DNA of 64,000 bases from Rebecca billardiae RCC1528 (Eukaryota; Protista; Haptophyta). The notes under the pieces are model-generated. The model saw only the letters and a program-made list of their open reading frames with translations. It ran no database searches and had not been told where the DNA came from. The stretch is taken from assembly GCA_965240325.2 (NCBI GenBank), contig OZ251227.1, positions 62,001-126,000 on the forward strand, in the 5' to 3' direction. The position numbers were made by a program, and so were the translations under genes. This document shows, piece after piece, positions 20,292 through 32,800 of this stretch (position 1 is its first letter; each line of letters opens with the position of its first letter).

Positions 20292-23200
20292 TCAGCCCGC
20301 GGACCGCCGCCGCCGGCTGCTCGTTCTCGTCGGCGCGATCGGAGCGGGCACCGGCGAGGGCTCGACGCGTGCGCGCTTGGTGCTGCGGGCAGCGGGCGCG
20401 GGCGCGGCTTTGGCTGCGACGGCGTCCCCAGCCTTGGCGGGAGCGCTGTCGCTGCCGCTGCTGCGCCGCTGCGCACGAGCGCTCTTGTTGCCCTTGGCCT
20501 TCGCCGTCGCGCTCCGGTTGCGGCGGTTGCCGCCGGCCTTGTCCTTGAGCGGCAGCCGGGCGGGCGGCTGCACGCGCTGCGCGCCCGGCTCGAGCCACTC
20601 CCACTCGTCCTCGCCGCACTCGTCCACCCAGAACGGCTGCCGCACGCAGGCGTGCGCGCGCGCGCAGGAGAGGTGCGCACGGGCAGCGCCGCTCGTGAGC
20701 GCAGGGCCCGCAGGACGGCGCTCGGCCGCGCGCAGTCGGGCGCGGTGCGCGCGCGCACGCTGTCGTCGGCTTCCCCGACCGCGCCGCCGCCCTGCGCGGT
20801 GGTGTCGAAGCGCACGCGCAGGCCGTCGGTGGCCGAGTACTCGAGCACCGTGCCGCTGTAGCGCACGCGCTGCCCGCCCTCCTCGTACACCACGCAGGCG
20901 CGCGAGCCGACCACCGCCTCGCGCGCGCGGCCGCGCACGGCGGGCGCGGCGGCGGCGCGGGGCGGCGCGGGCGGCTGCGGCGCGCCGGCTGCGGCGGCGC
21001 CGCGCGCGCTCGGCTGCGCCTCGGGCGGCAGCGTCCACCCCGCCGCCAGCGCTGCTGGCGCGCGCGGCTCGGAGGGCGCGTCGGAGGGCGCGGCGCGCTC
21101 GCTCGGCTGCTCGAGCTTGGGCATCGGGGCGGCGGCCGCCGGTGGCGGCGGTGGCGGCGGAGGCGGCGGGGCTTCTTGAGGCGGCGGCGCGGGCGGCGCG
21201 TGCAGCGAGCAGGGCGGCTGCTCGACGCGCGGCGCCGCGCCCACCGCCGCGGCGGCCGCGGCTGGCGCGGCGGACGCGGGCGGTACCGCCCGCGGCTGCG
21301 CCGCCGCCTCGGCCGCCTCGCCCTCCGCCGCCCACACGCCCGCGCGCCGCAGCCAGCTCGCGGTGCTGGGCGCGAGCGTGAGCGCCTCCCGCGCGCGCGT
21401 GAGGGCCACGTACAGCGCGCTCACCTCGTCGCACGGCGAGAGCTCGAGGGCGGCGAGGCACTCGGAGGGGGCGGCCTCGAAGTCGCGCGGCGTGCGCGCG
21501 GGGCCGCGGTACTGCCCGAGCGCCGCGCGCGCCGCCGCCGCCTCCGCCGCCTCCTCCACGCCCAGCCCGCGCGCCATGTGGTCCCCCGCCACGTACACGC
21601 GCGCCCACTCGAGGCCCTTGGCGCGGTGCGTCGACGTGAAGAGCGCGCCCGGGAGGGCGCCCGGCGCGCTGCCCGCGTCGACCGCGGCCCTGACGGCGCG
21701 CAGCATCGCGGGCAGCGCGCCGCGGTGCCGCTCGGCCAGCTCGCACGCGCTCAGCCACTTGGTGATGCCCTTGGCCGCGCAGAAGTGGCGGAAGCGCTCA
21801 AAGCCGCAGCACTCGGCGTCCGCGCGCGCCGCCCGGCGCGCCGCCCAGCCGCCGCGCGCGCCGCCGAAGCGCGGGTTGGCGCCGGCGCCGCCGTCGGCGA
21901 AGCCGCGGATGCCCTGCGTCGCGATCGCCCTGGGCCCCGCGCCCTGCAGCAGCGCGTGCACGTCGAGCAGCACCGCCTCGCCGCCGAACGCCTCGAGGTA
22001 GTCACGCTCCGCGGCGAAGCGCACGCAGCCCAGTGCGCCCGAGCGCACGGCGCTGGCGGCGAGCTCGAGCAGCGTGCGGTTGAGCCGCGCGATGACGACG
22101 AGCGGCTCGCCGCGCGCGGCGGCCGCCGCGTCGTACGGCGGCTCGTCGCGCTCCGCGGCGAGCACGGCCGTGCGCCGCGCGGGCAGCCCGCGGATCGTGA
22201 AGGCCGCGCAAGCGCGCCCCTTGTAGGTTCGGATGAGCGCCTGCGCGGCAGCGCTCAGCGGCGCGCCGTACCGGAACGTGTGCGAGAGGGTGCGCCGCGC
22301 GACGCGCGCGCCGCCGAGGGTGCCGAGCGCGCGCACGCACGTCGCGCCGCGGAACTGGTAGATCTGCTGGTGCGGGTCGTACACGACGCACGCCGCGGGC
22401 GCGCCGCCGAGCACCACGTCCAGCTGCGCCGCGCAGCAGTCGTGCGCCTCGTCGAGCAGCAGCAGCGCGTACGGACGCAGCGCGCGCGCGCGCAGCTCGG
22501 CGTCGAGCTGCAGCGCCTTGAAGTACGCGTCGTGCGACCAGCGCGGCGGCAGAGGCGGCTTGCGCGCGCCGTGCTGCGCCTCGGCCTGCTGCTCGGGCCA
22601 CACGCGCTCGAGGGCGGGCAGCGCGCGCCACACGGCGTGCGCGCGCCGAGCGCCGCCGCGCGCGCGGCCGGCGGCAGCGAGGAGGGCGCGTGCGCGAGGG
22701 AGAGCTGCGCGTCCGCCGAGGCGAAGAACGCACCGAGCGTCTCCTCGATCGCCTTCACGCCCGCATCGCCCTCGATGCCCGCGCGCGTGGGCAGCCCGAG
22801 CGCGTCGAGGTGCTCGGCGCGCAGGCGGATCGAGTTGCCCACTAGCTGCCGGTGCAGCGCGCCCGTGTGCGCGCGCGCGAGGCTGTGCAGCGTGCGCACG
22901 GTGAGGTGCGCCATGCCGAGCGCGCGCGCCTTGCGCTCGATGCTCTCGCGCACCGACTTGTTGAACGCGACGAACAGGATCGGCGCGGGCGCGAGCGTGC
23001 GCGCAATGTCGAGCAGCATCGTCGACTTGCCCGCGCCCGCGGTCGCCTCGACGAGCAGGCGGCCGCCCGGCTGCGCGAGCGTGGTGCGCGCGGTGTCGAT
23101 GATGTCCATCCACTCGGCGTTGCGCACGAGCCCGTCCACGCAACGCGCGCCCGCCGCGGTCGGCGGGGCCGGCGCGCTCGGGTGCGTCCGTGGTCCATCC

Positions 23201-23331
23201 GGCTGCGAGCCGAGCGGCTGCGAAGCGCACTGCGAAGCGCACACGCGGTCGGGCTGCGAGCTGAGGCCGGGGATGTCGCACGTGGCGAGCTCCGCCTCCC
23301 ACGCCGGGTCGAGGGCGAACGGGTCGTCCAT
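20292..23331 (-). CDS. UvrD-like SF1 DNA helicase (FBH1-like) with C-terminal Tudor/SH3-like barrel; apparent 1-nt frameshift ~22640 and intron ~20637-20758
   Basis: ATAGAGKST (Walker A), VAFNKSV, TLHSLA, LLLDEAHD, YDPHQQIYQFRGA, LSHTFRYG, TSTHRAKGLEW, LYVALTRARE. Confidence 0.85.
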
Positions 23332-23509
23332 GCCGAGGCGAGCGAGCGAGCGCTTCCACTCCGGCGGGCGCAGGCGGGCGCGGCTGACCAACGGGACGAT
23401 GACGTTTGAACTCTGTCCGCGCGAGCTCGCGGGGTTGGTCCGGGCCTGGTCCCTTTGGTCCGGGAGTCCGGGACTCCCGCCAAACCGCCGATCTTCTTTC
23501 GCTTTCAGC

Positions 23510-25471
23510 ATGGCGGCTGCGCCCGGCGGCGCACTTGCCCGCAGCCGCCATGGCAGCCGCCGGGCGCGTCCTCCGCACGCACATCCGTGCGCCTGCGCTG
23601 GGCGCGTGCTCGCCGTGCTTGTGACCTGCGCGGCCGCACGCGCCGCGGCCGTCCCTGGCCCCAACACGACGGGGCACGGCGCGGCCGTGGGCCGCGGCGC
23701 GGCCCGCGCAGACAAGCGGCGCTCGGCGGAGGACATGTGCCGGCGGCGGCGCGCCCAGCACAGCTTCCGCTGCGGCGTGCTGCTATTCAAGCACGTGCCC
23801 AAGACGGTGCGCGCGCGTCGCGCGCGCGTGCCACCGCCGCCCACCGCCGCCCGCCGCACTCACGCGCGCCGCCCGCGCCGCCGGCCCGCGGCGCGGCCTC
23901 AGGCGGGCACGCTGGTGCGCCAGCTCACCGGGGTGACGCTCGCGCAGAGGTGCGGCTGGGGGTACTACCCGGGGTACGAGGTTGCGAGGCACCTGCACGC
24001 GGCGAGCACGAAGCACAGCGGCCTGTTCAGCCTGCAGCGCGTGGGCAAGCGCGCGGCCAAGCAGTGGGTCGCGCGCGCGGCCGCCGAGCGCGCGGCCGCC
24101 GCGTTCAACCCGTACGAGCACGCGCTCGGCGCCAACCTGAGCGCGGCGCGGCGCGGGCGGGCGTACCCGCTGCTCTTCGCCGAGGACCACGTGGGCACGG
24201 GCTCGCAGTACGCGCAGCTCGCCGAGGCGCTGCCCCTCGCCGCGCGCGCGTGGCCGCCGCCGCCCACCTGCCGCTTTGCTATCCTGAGCGTTGTGCGCGC
24301 GCCCTACTCGTTCCAGCTGAGCGACTGGAGCTACTTCAAGAACCTGCGCAGGATGTACCCGTCCTTCCTGTCCGACTGGCTGCCGTGCCTCGAGCGCGGG
24401 CTGCAGCGGCGCAGCTTCGCGCGCGGCGGGTGCAGCCTGCAGGTCGAGATCCTCTTCCCCGCGCTGAGCGCGCTGCGCGCCAAGGCGCACCCGTCCGCGC
24501 CGCTCGCGCTGCCCGAGGCGGCGGTGCGCGCGCAGCTGGAGCGCACGCACGTGATGGTGATGGAGCGGCTGCCCGAGAGCGCGGCGGCCTTCGGCTCCGA
24601 GCTCGGGCTGCCGCTCGGCTGGCTCGCGTCGCGCATGCTCGAGCGCGCACACGTCTCGGCCGTGGCCAACGCCAGCGCCGCGCGCCGCCGCGGCCGGCGG
24701 CGGCGGCGGCGCGCGCTCGCGGCGGGCGGCGGTGGCGGCGGCGCGGAGCGCCCGTGGCACCAGAAGCGCAAGGACGCGCTCGCCGCGCACGCCGCCGAGA
24801 TGGCCGCGCTGCCCGACCCCGCGCCCACGCGCGCGCGCCTCGCCGCCGTGCTCGCAGACGACGCGCTGCTGCACGCGCTCGCCTCGCACCGCCTCGACCG
24901 GGCGCACGCAAGGGTAGTGGCGGCGGACCCGTGCTACGCGCCCGCGGGCGTGAGCGCGCGCTCGTACGTGCGCGTGCTGCGCGGCTGCGCGCCGGAGCCG
25001 CACGCGCCGTGCACGCCGAGCGCCGCCGAGACGGCCGCGAGCACGGCGGGCAAGCTCGCCACGCTCGACGGCGCGCGCGCGCACCTCGACCGGGTGGCGC
25101 ACGAGCTGTGCGCGCTCACGGGCACCCAGCGCAGGGGCGGGGGGCGCGGGCCGGACGGGCAGAGGCTCAAGCCCAGGGTCGAGCCGAGGCGCATGGCGTG
25201 CGCGGAGCTCCGCGCTGCACCACGCCGGCCGGGCGCGCGCGCGCGCGCCGACGACGACGCGGACGCGCCCGCGGACGGCGCCGGCGCGCTGCCGAGCCGC
25301 GGCAGCTCGGCGCTGGCGCCCACAGCCGGCGGCGCCAACGCGTCCGCGACGAGCGAGGCGGATGGCCCAGAGACAGCCACGCCGCTGCTGGCCATCAGGC
25401 CAGACGCGGTGCGCACATGCGACTCGGACGCGCCCGTCGCAGCAGCGCCGACCGCCCTGACCGTAACCTAG
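23510..25471 (+). CDS. Sulfotransferase family protein (intron 23807..23902)
   Basis: Splicing the 96-nt GT-AG intron restores FKHVPKTAGT (5'-PSB loop). ILSVVRAP...LSDWSY gives the 3'-PB motif. Confidence 0.75.
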   Translation: MAAAPGGALARSRHGSRRARPPHAHPCACAGRVLAVLVTCAAARAAAVPGPNTTGHGAAVGRGAARADKRRSAEDMCRRRRAQHSFRCGVLLFKHVPKTVRARRARVPPPPTAARRTHARRPRRRPAARPQAGTLVRQLTGVTLAQRCGWGYYPGYEVARHLHAASTKHSGLFSLQRVGKRAAKQWVARAAAERAAAAFNPYEHALGANLSAARRGRAYPLLFAEDHVGTGSQYAQLAEALPLAARAWPPPPTCRFAILSVVRAPYSFQLSDWSYFKNLRRMYPSFLSDWLPCLERGLQRRSFARGGCSLQVEILFPALSALRAKAHPSAPLALPEAAVRAQLERTHVMVMERLPESAAAFGSELGLPLGWLASRMLERAHVSAVANASAARRRGRRRRRRALAAGGGGGGAERPWHQKRKDALAAHAAEMAALPDPAPTRARLAAVLADDALLHALASHRLDRAHARVVAADPCYAPAGVSARSYVRVLRGCAPEPHAPCTPSAAETAASTAGKLATLDGARAHLDRVAHELCALTGTQRRGGGRGPDGQRLKPRVEPRRMACAELRAAPRRPGARARADDDADAPADGAGALPSRGSSALAPTAGGANASATSEADGPETATPLLAIRPDAVRTCDSDAPVAAAPTALTVT

Positions 25472-25490
25472 ACCGCGGGTCGTTGCGGTA

Positions 25491-25757
25491 GGTTCAGATT
25501 CCGCCATATTCTTTTCGTCTGAAAGTGGACGAATCCTTCCGGTTGGTCGGGCGCCAAATGTTTCGTCGTTTGCACCGAGGTCCGTACATGTTTGCGGGAA
25601 TCTTTGGGAGGAAATCACAGCGCAAGATCCGGTGCAATAAAAAATAGCACATTAGATGATGCCCACTACTGTATGGGGGCACTAAGCGTATTGATGATTG
25701 CTATCGCACGTCATCAGAGAGCGCAATCAAAATGGAACGCTATCTTCAATCTGAGCC
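25491..25757. mobile_element. Candidate MITE with 10-bp TIRs and TA TSD
   Basis: TA|GGTTCAGATT ... AATCTGAGCC|TA bounds a low-GC 267-bp block. Confidence 0.55.
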
Positions 25758-25981
25758 TATATCTCGTTGCAATCGAGGAATCGAGGTGTCGTGATTAAGT
25801 AGCTGAGCCGCGCGGGCGTCGTCAGACGGGTGGCCCCGAGCGGACGGCCGAGACAAGATTCTGGAGCACCCCAAAACTCGCTGAGTGCTGAGCCATCGGA
25901 ACTGTCGGCACTCGGCACGGCAGACCACCGAGCCGCACGAGAGACGCGAGACACCACCCGACGTCGAGGCTGAAGACCGCC

Positions 25982-26611
25982 ATGGCGATCCGCACCGCCG
26001 GAGCAGCGTCGTCGAGCGTGCCGCAGCCGCGCAGCGCAAAGACCGCCCCCAGCGTCGAGAGCCGCTTCAAGCTCCCATGGCCGAGCTCGTCGCCCAGCTC
26101 GACGCCCGCGTCCGCGCCGCAGACACCCGTGTCTCGGAGGCACGACCCCAGCTCCGTGCGCGGCGCGAGCTTGCACGCCACGCCAAAGGGCAAGCCAATG
26201 CACGCGACCCGCCTCGCGGATAGCGCCGACGACGACCACGACGAGAGCTCGGTCGAGGTCGGCTCGCCGACGTTGTCCGGCCGTGCTTCGTCTGGTGGCC
26301 GGGCGTCCTCAGCGCGCGCCTACTCCATCGCAGCGCGCCAGGCCGCGGCCGAGTCGGTGCGCGGCTCCTCGCCTGGCACCTCTGACGACGAGGACGACGG
26401 CGACCGCCAGCCGTCCAAGCCGCGTGCAGCCGCGATCACGGACGTGCAGCGGACGGAGGAGACACCGATGTTCTCCGGCCTGCCCCACGGACACGTGCCC
26501 ACAAAGCAGGGCGGCACGCGCAAGCGCATGTTGTTTCGCTGCCTACCCTTCGGCGCTGGTGTCTGGTGGAGTCGGGAACCCGACCAGAAGGTCCCGCGTG
26601 TCGTCGTGTGA
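25982..26611 (+). CDS. Hypothetical low-complexity Ser-rich protein
   Basis: 209-aa ATG-started ORF with gene-like codon usage; no recognisable domain. Confidence 0.4.
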   Translation: MAIRTAGAASSSVPQPRSAKTAPSVESRFKLPWPSSSPSSTPASAPQTPVSRRHDPSSVRGASLHATPKGKPMHATRLADSADDDHDESSVEVGSPTLSGRASSGGRASSARAYSIAARQAAAESVRGSSPGTSDDEDDGDRQPSKPRAAAITDVQRTEETPMFSGLPHGHVPTKQGGTRKRMLFRCLPFGAGVWWSREPDQKVPRVVV

Positions 26612-27049
26612 CCACCGCAGCTGGGTGGTCTGCGCGGCCGCGCCGCTTCGGTCCTGCGCCGCGGCAAGGCCTGATGACGGTGGCCGATCCGGCGCGGCCA
26701 AAGCTTGTTGTTGATGCGCACTTGATGTCACACTGAGTCTGTCGCACCGTGTCCCACAGCATGATACAGTGTTCCTAGTCCGACGAACAAAGCACACGGG
26801 CATGGCTCTCGTGATAATCTAGCACTACACCGTTGGTCCGAACCAGACCCAGCCGAGTGCTTTGACCTTCCGGCAAGCGCCGGTCGCCCGGTCTGCACCG
26901 CGAACTTGGCGAAGTGCTGATGACTTCCCCGTCCGGCCACTCCCGGAGCCTTCTGGAGCCTTCCTTTGCGCTCACGCCCACCCTCCATCGTTCGATCATC
27001 GCCGACCCGATCATCGCGCGAACGAACGATCGTCATCATCACGAGTGCG

Positions 27050-27940
27050 ATGACGCTCGCCGTCGTGCCCGTCCTTGCCGCCGCGCTGGTGCACCAGCGG
27101 CCGATGGATGCTGCCCTTCGCGCGCCGGCAGTCACGTCGCGCGTGCCGCCGTCGGTGTTCGCCGAGGCCGGCCGGTGAGCGCTGCCCGAACGGCGCGCCG
27201 CTCGCACCGCTCGCTCGCCCATGCGCTCACACGCGCGCCGCGCATCTCGTGCGCGCGCCCTCCGCGACGCAGCCGGCGCGTGCTCTCGACGGCTCTCGCG
27301 TCGGCCATGCTCCCTCTCGTGCCCCAGTTCGCCCTCGCCGGCGACGTCCTCGAGATCGAGGCCTCCACCTCCCGGCTGGGCGGCAAGCTCGAGGCGTTCA
27401 CGGACGTGGGCAAGGGCTGGTCCATCTACCGCCCGACCAGCTGGAACAAGTTCGACGCGAACCCGGGCGAGTACGACGCCAAGTTCCAGGACGTGGTGGG
27501 CGTCTCCGAGCAAGTCATCGTGCGCGCGGCCGCGCAGCGCCCGCGGCCCGCGCCCGTGCGCGCGCCGCACCGCGCCCGACGGCTGAGCGGCGGCCTCGCG
27601 CCGCGCGCCCGGCACGCACCCGCGGCGCGACGCGCAGGTGAGCTCCTCCCCCGTCTCGTCGGGCAAGGGCCTGGACGCGCTGGGCTCGGCAGCGGACCTC
27701 GGCGCCAAGGTCTCCAAGCTGCGCGACCTCTCGCTCGTCTCCACGGGCGAGATGGTGGTGGGCGGCGTGCCCATGTACACGGTCGAGCTGGCGGGCCAGG
27801 GCGGGCACGAGCTGCTCGGCTTCGCGGTGAGCAAGGGCAAGCTGTGGCGCATCACGTGCAAGACGGCCGAGAGCAGATGGGCGAGGAACGAGGAGATGTA
27901 CCGCACCATCCTCACCTCGTTCCAGCCGAGGATCCTCTAA
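27050..27940 (+). CDS. psbP: PsbP-like thylakoid lumen protein (introns ~27175-27272 and ~27520-27637)
   Basis: Bipartite signal/transit peptide, RR-type lumen signal ending ALA, FTDVGKGWSIYRPTSW, and C-terminal AVSKGKLWRIT...ESRW...ILTSF typical of PsbP. Confidence 0.8.
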
Positions 27941-28628
27941 TCCTCTCCGCGCTGGACCCAGGGAGCGTGCAGGCGGAGAGCTCGGCGCTTCCCTGCTGGA
28001 CGCGCAAGTTGCTCACATCCCGAGGATGGCCAGGGGGGCGTGGCCACGCGTCGTTGACAGGGGAGAATGGCTGCGTGCGCTGGTGAACCGCCGGCCGCAA
28101 CCGCCCGGCGCGCCGTGTCGACCCCGTCTCCAGAGCGGCGCCGTTGCCCGCCGCGCTGATGCGGTCTCACCGTGCAGTGCCGCGGCCCTGTACATAACAC
28201 TGTACTCGGGTCACCGGCCACCGGGGACCAGCCTCCATCCGGCGGGCTCATCAGCAAGACCTGGGCCTGGCGGCTCAGTTGCCGCGGTCCGCCTACTTGC
28301 TGCTTATTACATTGACTTAAGTCGCCAGGGGCTCCGACAGTCCGCCCGGGGGCGACCGACGGTGCACGGTGACGGCGCGACTCGGCATCGTCAGATTGGC
28401 GTCGTGCCGTGGCCTCATGCAGGCCTGCTGCCGCCGGCCGATCTTGCGGCTTGCTGCTCATAGTGTGTGACCGCCGTACAGTGTGAAGCGGGCGGCCCGG
28501 TCACGGGTCATCAGTGTGACAGTAGCGCCGAGTCACACGCGCTGCCCCAAACTCGGAGCAAACTACAGCATCTGAGTATGCGGGCCGCCGGGGAGGCGGA
28601 TGCTGTGCCGCGGCACCGCACCACCGAC

Positions 28629-29646
28629 TCAGTCGGCGTGCGCGTGCTGCGCCGCGGCATCCGCGCCGCCCCAGCCGCCGTCGCCGTCGCCCTCCACGGG
28701 CACGGCCGGTCCGTGCAGCAGCTCGTCGACCGTCGGCTCGGGCGGGCCGATGTGCTGCTGGCACAGCGGGCAGCGGTTCTTGTGCTTGAGCACCCACTCG
28801 TCGATACACTCGACGTGAAACGCGTGCGGGCACTGCAGCCAGCGCACCTCGTCGCCCACGGCGAACTCGCGCACGCAGATGATGCACTCGCTCATGCACA
28901 GCACGCGCTGCCTGCCCGCCACGCCGCCGCCGCCGCCCGCCTCGCCCGCGCTCGCGCTGCCCGTGCCCGCGGCCGCCACGTCCTGCTCGCTCAGCGTCGA
29001 GACGGTCGAGTACGCCTCGAGCGTGTGCCGGTGCATCGATCGCGTCACCTTATCGGACGAGATGAGCACGAAGAAGATCAGGATGGAGATCACCTTCTGC
29101 GCGGGCCGGGGCCGGCAGCGCGGGGTCAGCGCGGGCGGCGGCCGCAGCGCGAGGCCGCGAGCGCGCGAGGCGGCGCGCGCGGCGCACCTGCACGAGCAGC
29201 GACCAGAAGTTGAGCTTGCAGTGGTTCCAGAGCACCTCCTGCACCTCATCGCGCCCGCCCCACAGCGCGCCGCGCGCGAAGAGCGTGACGGACGTCACGC
29301 CCAGCCAGAAGATGTACGCCATGCCGAGCCGCGCGTTCCATCGGATCGCGGGCGAGCGCACCTGCGCGCTGATGAACGCCTGCGCCACGAGCGCGGGCGT
29401 GGGTTGCAGCCGCGCCTCGCGGTAGACGCGTAGGACGTGCCACCACAGGTACGGCCTGACCACGCACAGCGACACTCTGAGCAGGCACCACAAGAAGAGC
29501 GCGCTGTGCCCGCGGCGCCACAGGTGCGGCAGCATGTACGCGTTGTGCGAGACGAGCGCGCACGTGGGCATGCCGAAGAGGAGGATGATCGAGCGGTGCA
29601 GGATGCACATCTCATGCGGGAACTGCACGGCGAGCTCTCGCGTCAT
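28629..29646 (-). CDS. Transmembrane RING-H2 E3 ubiquitin ligase (intron 29097..29187)
   Basis: Several hydrophobic helices followed by CIICVREF...LQCPHAFHVECIDEW...CPLC. Confidence 0.88.
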
Positions 29647-29875
29647 CGCCGCCGCGCGCTGCGCGCCGTGGCGAGCAGGCGTCCAGTGGGCCCCACACGC
29701 CAAGCTGGGAGCCGCTCTTGCCGGGCTGGATTCCATTCGTTCAGTCCGGGCGGTGGTCCGGGAACGAGCGTTACGACTCCGGCCGAGCACGTTTTCCGCG
29801 GCCAGTTTGGCGCGGCCGTGGAATTCAAAGCCAGCCAAAGGCGTCATCGTCACGGCCGCGCGTGCCCGATCGATC

Positions 29876-32800
29876 ATGGCCACGCCCCGACCGCAGACAG
29901 CGCCGGCCGATCCGGCGGCCGCGTCGAGGGCGGCCGCCGGCTCGTCGATCGTCGTGGGCGTCCGCGTCCGCCCGCTCACCGTCACCGAGCAGGCCAGCGG
30001 CGCGCGCAGCCTGATCCGCGTCGTGGACGAGCAGGTCCTCTGCTTTGACCCCGCGTGCAACGACGACATGCACATCGCCTCCAAGCTGCGCGGCGTGCGC
30101 ATGATCGGCCACCGCGCGGCGAAGGACCAGAAGTACGCATTCGACTGCGTCTTCGACACCGACGCGACGCAGGAGCAGGTGTACCAGAAGACCGCGCGCC
30201 CGCAGATCGAGTCTGTGCTCTCAGGGTACAACGCGACCGTCTTTGCGTACGGCGCCACAGGTGCGCGCGGCGGAGCCAGGCGCGCTGGAGGCGAACGCTT
30301 CGTCGCCACACCCGTCGGCGACGGCGCGAGCCGCGTCTGCCCGTGCGCTCACGCGCGCCGCGCTCGGCCGGCCGTGCGCGCCGCTCGAACGACTCGCGCG
30401 CAGGCGCTGGCAAGACGCACACGATGATCGGCGACCGCGTGACGGGGCCGGGGGTGATGGTGCTCGCGATGGAGGACCTCTTCGCCGCGATCCACTCGCG
30501 CGAGCTCGACTCGCGCTACCAGCTCTCTCTCTCGTACCTCGAGGTGTACAACGAGACGATCCGAGACCTGCTCGCGCCCGCGCTGGGCGCGGCGGGTGTC
30601 GCGGCCGGCGCGGAGGGCGCGGGCGCGGAGGGCGGCGAGAAGGCGGCCGCGCCCGGCGCGGCGCACGCGCCGCCGACGGGCGGGCTGTGCCTCCGCGAGG
30701 ACGCGCGCAACGGCATTCACGTCGCCGGACTCACGCAGCACGTGCCCCGCTCCTCGGACGAGGTGCTCGAGCTGCTGCAGCGCGGCAACACCAACCGCGC
30801 CATGTCCTCGACCAACGCGAACGCGGTCTCGTCGCGCTCGCACGCGGTGCTGCAGATCTGCGTGCGCGAGACGGCGAAGACGGCGGACGTGCACGCCGAC
30901 ATCCGGCTGGGCAAGCTCTCGCTCATTGACCTGGCGGGCTCGGAGCGCGCGTCGGTCACCGCCAACCGCGGCAAGCAGCTGCACGAGGGCGCAAACATCA
31001 ACAAGTCGCTGCTGGCGCTCTCGAACTGCATCAACGCGCTCGGCCGCGGCGACACGCGGCATATCCCGTACCGCGACTCGAAGCTGACGCGGCTGCTCAA
31101 GGACTCGCTCGGCGGCAACTGCAAGACCACGATGATCGCGGCGGTCTCTGCCGCGCGCTCGCACTACGAGGACACGCTCAACACGCTCAAGTACGCCAAC
31201 CGCGCCAAGGAGATCAAGCTCAAGGCGAGCCGCAACACGATCAAGGTAGACTACCACATCGCAAAGTACGCGGAGATCATCGGGCAGCTGCGGGACGAGG
31301 TGGCGCTGTGGCGCGGCAAGTACTCCGCCGCCGTCGAGGCCGCGGCGCTCGGCGGCGCCGGCCGGCTGCCCGCCGCGCCGCCGCCGCCGGCCGGCGGCGC
31401 CGGCGCCGGCGCCGAGGCCGAGCGCGCGGCGGCCGCGAGCGCGGGCGCAGAGCCCGCCTCCGGCCCAGCGCGCACCGCCGCCGACGCGCCCGGCTCGCCA
31501 GCCAGCGTCGCGCGCGACCGCGAACGCGGGCAGGCCGCGTACATGCGCATCGAGAAGCACTTCAACGTGGCCGCGACCGCGCTGCGCCAGCTGGGCGAGC
31601 TGCGCGTGCGCGAGCGCGCCGCGGCGGCGGAGCTTGAGGAGGCGCGCGCCGCGGACGCCGCCGCGCGCCGCGCGCTGGACGAGGCGAAGGCGAAGGCGGG
31701 CGCGGAGGGCGCGCCCGCCGACGCGCTCGGCGCGGCGCAGCGCGCCGAGGCGCACGCGGAGGAGGCGGCCGACCGGCTGAGCGCGGCCGAAGAGGGCAGC
31801 ACGCAGTACGCGCGCGTGCGCCGAGGGCTGCACACTACCCTCTCCGCCGCCTACTCTGCGTTCGACTCGCTCGACCGCGCGCTCTCGCGCCCGGCCGAGG
31901 GCGCGGACGGCGGCGAGGACGCGTTCTACATCTGCAGCGACGAGCGGCGCGCGCTGCTGCAGCAGGAGATCCGATGCCGCGTGCTGCAGCTGCAGAACCT
32001 CGACCTCGGCGCCAAGCTGGCCGCGCAGCAGCAGCAGCATGCGCAGCCGCAGCCGCAGCCGCGGGCAGGGCAGGAGGCGGCGGGAGCTTCGGGGGCGGAG
32101 CCCAAGGTGCGCGCCGTGCCTACCACGCGCCGTGCCTGCCCCGCGCCGTGCCCACCACGCGCCGTGCCTGCCCCGCGCCGTGCCCACCACGCGCCGTGCC
32201 TGCCCCGCGCGCGCGCGCCGCCGCGCGCGCGCGGTGCGCCCGCTGGCTCACCCCCCTCGGCGCGCCGCTCCGCTGCAGCCGCAGTCATCGGGGGCGGAGG
32301 CCGGCGCGGAGCGGGTGGTGGGCACGGCTGTGGTGATTGCCCAGCTGTGGGCGCTGGTCAAGGCGCAGTCGCACATCCTCGACGCGCACGGGCTGAGCAC
32401 GCACGAGCTCGTGCAGCAGTACGCGCACGCGGCGCAGAGCTGCGGCTCAAAGACGGCCGGCGCGGCCGGCGCCGACAAGGCCGCCGAGCCGGGCGCGCGC
32501 GCGCGCGGCGCGGGTGCGCGCGGAGGGCTCAAGCCTCCCACCGACGGCGGCAGCGGCTCCAACGTGATCCCTTCGCCCGCCGTGCGCCGCTCCATTGGTG
32601 CGTGGCCGAGCCGCCCCGCGCCCGCATCGCGCCGCCTCGCCGCCTCGCCGCCTCGCCGCCTCGCCGATGCCGTGCGCTCACAGCGTGCGCGCGTCTCCCT
32701 GCCCCCGCCTGCGCGGCGCTGCTCCGCACGCACACGCGCACACCACACACACGCGCGCGCACACCACCGCAGGACGGCTCTTCTCGCCCGCGCAGCACGC

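Noticed and set aside
28198-28483. CACTG-type MITE (CACTGTAC..GGTCAC / GTGACC..GTACAGTG)
   Set aside because: The 17-bp inverted match has mismatches and no TSD (TAA vs TGA), which is too weak to call.
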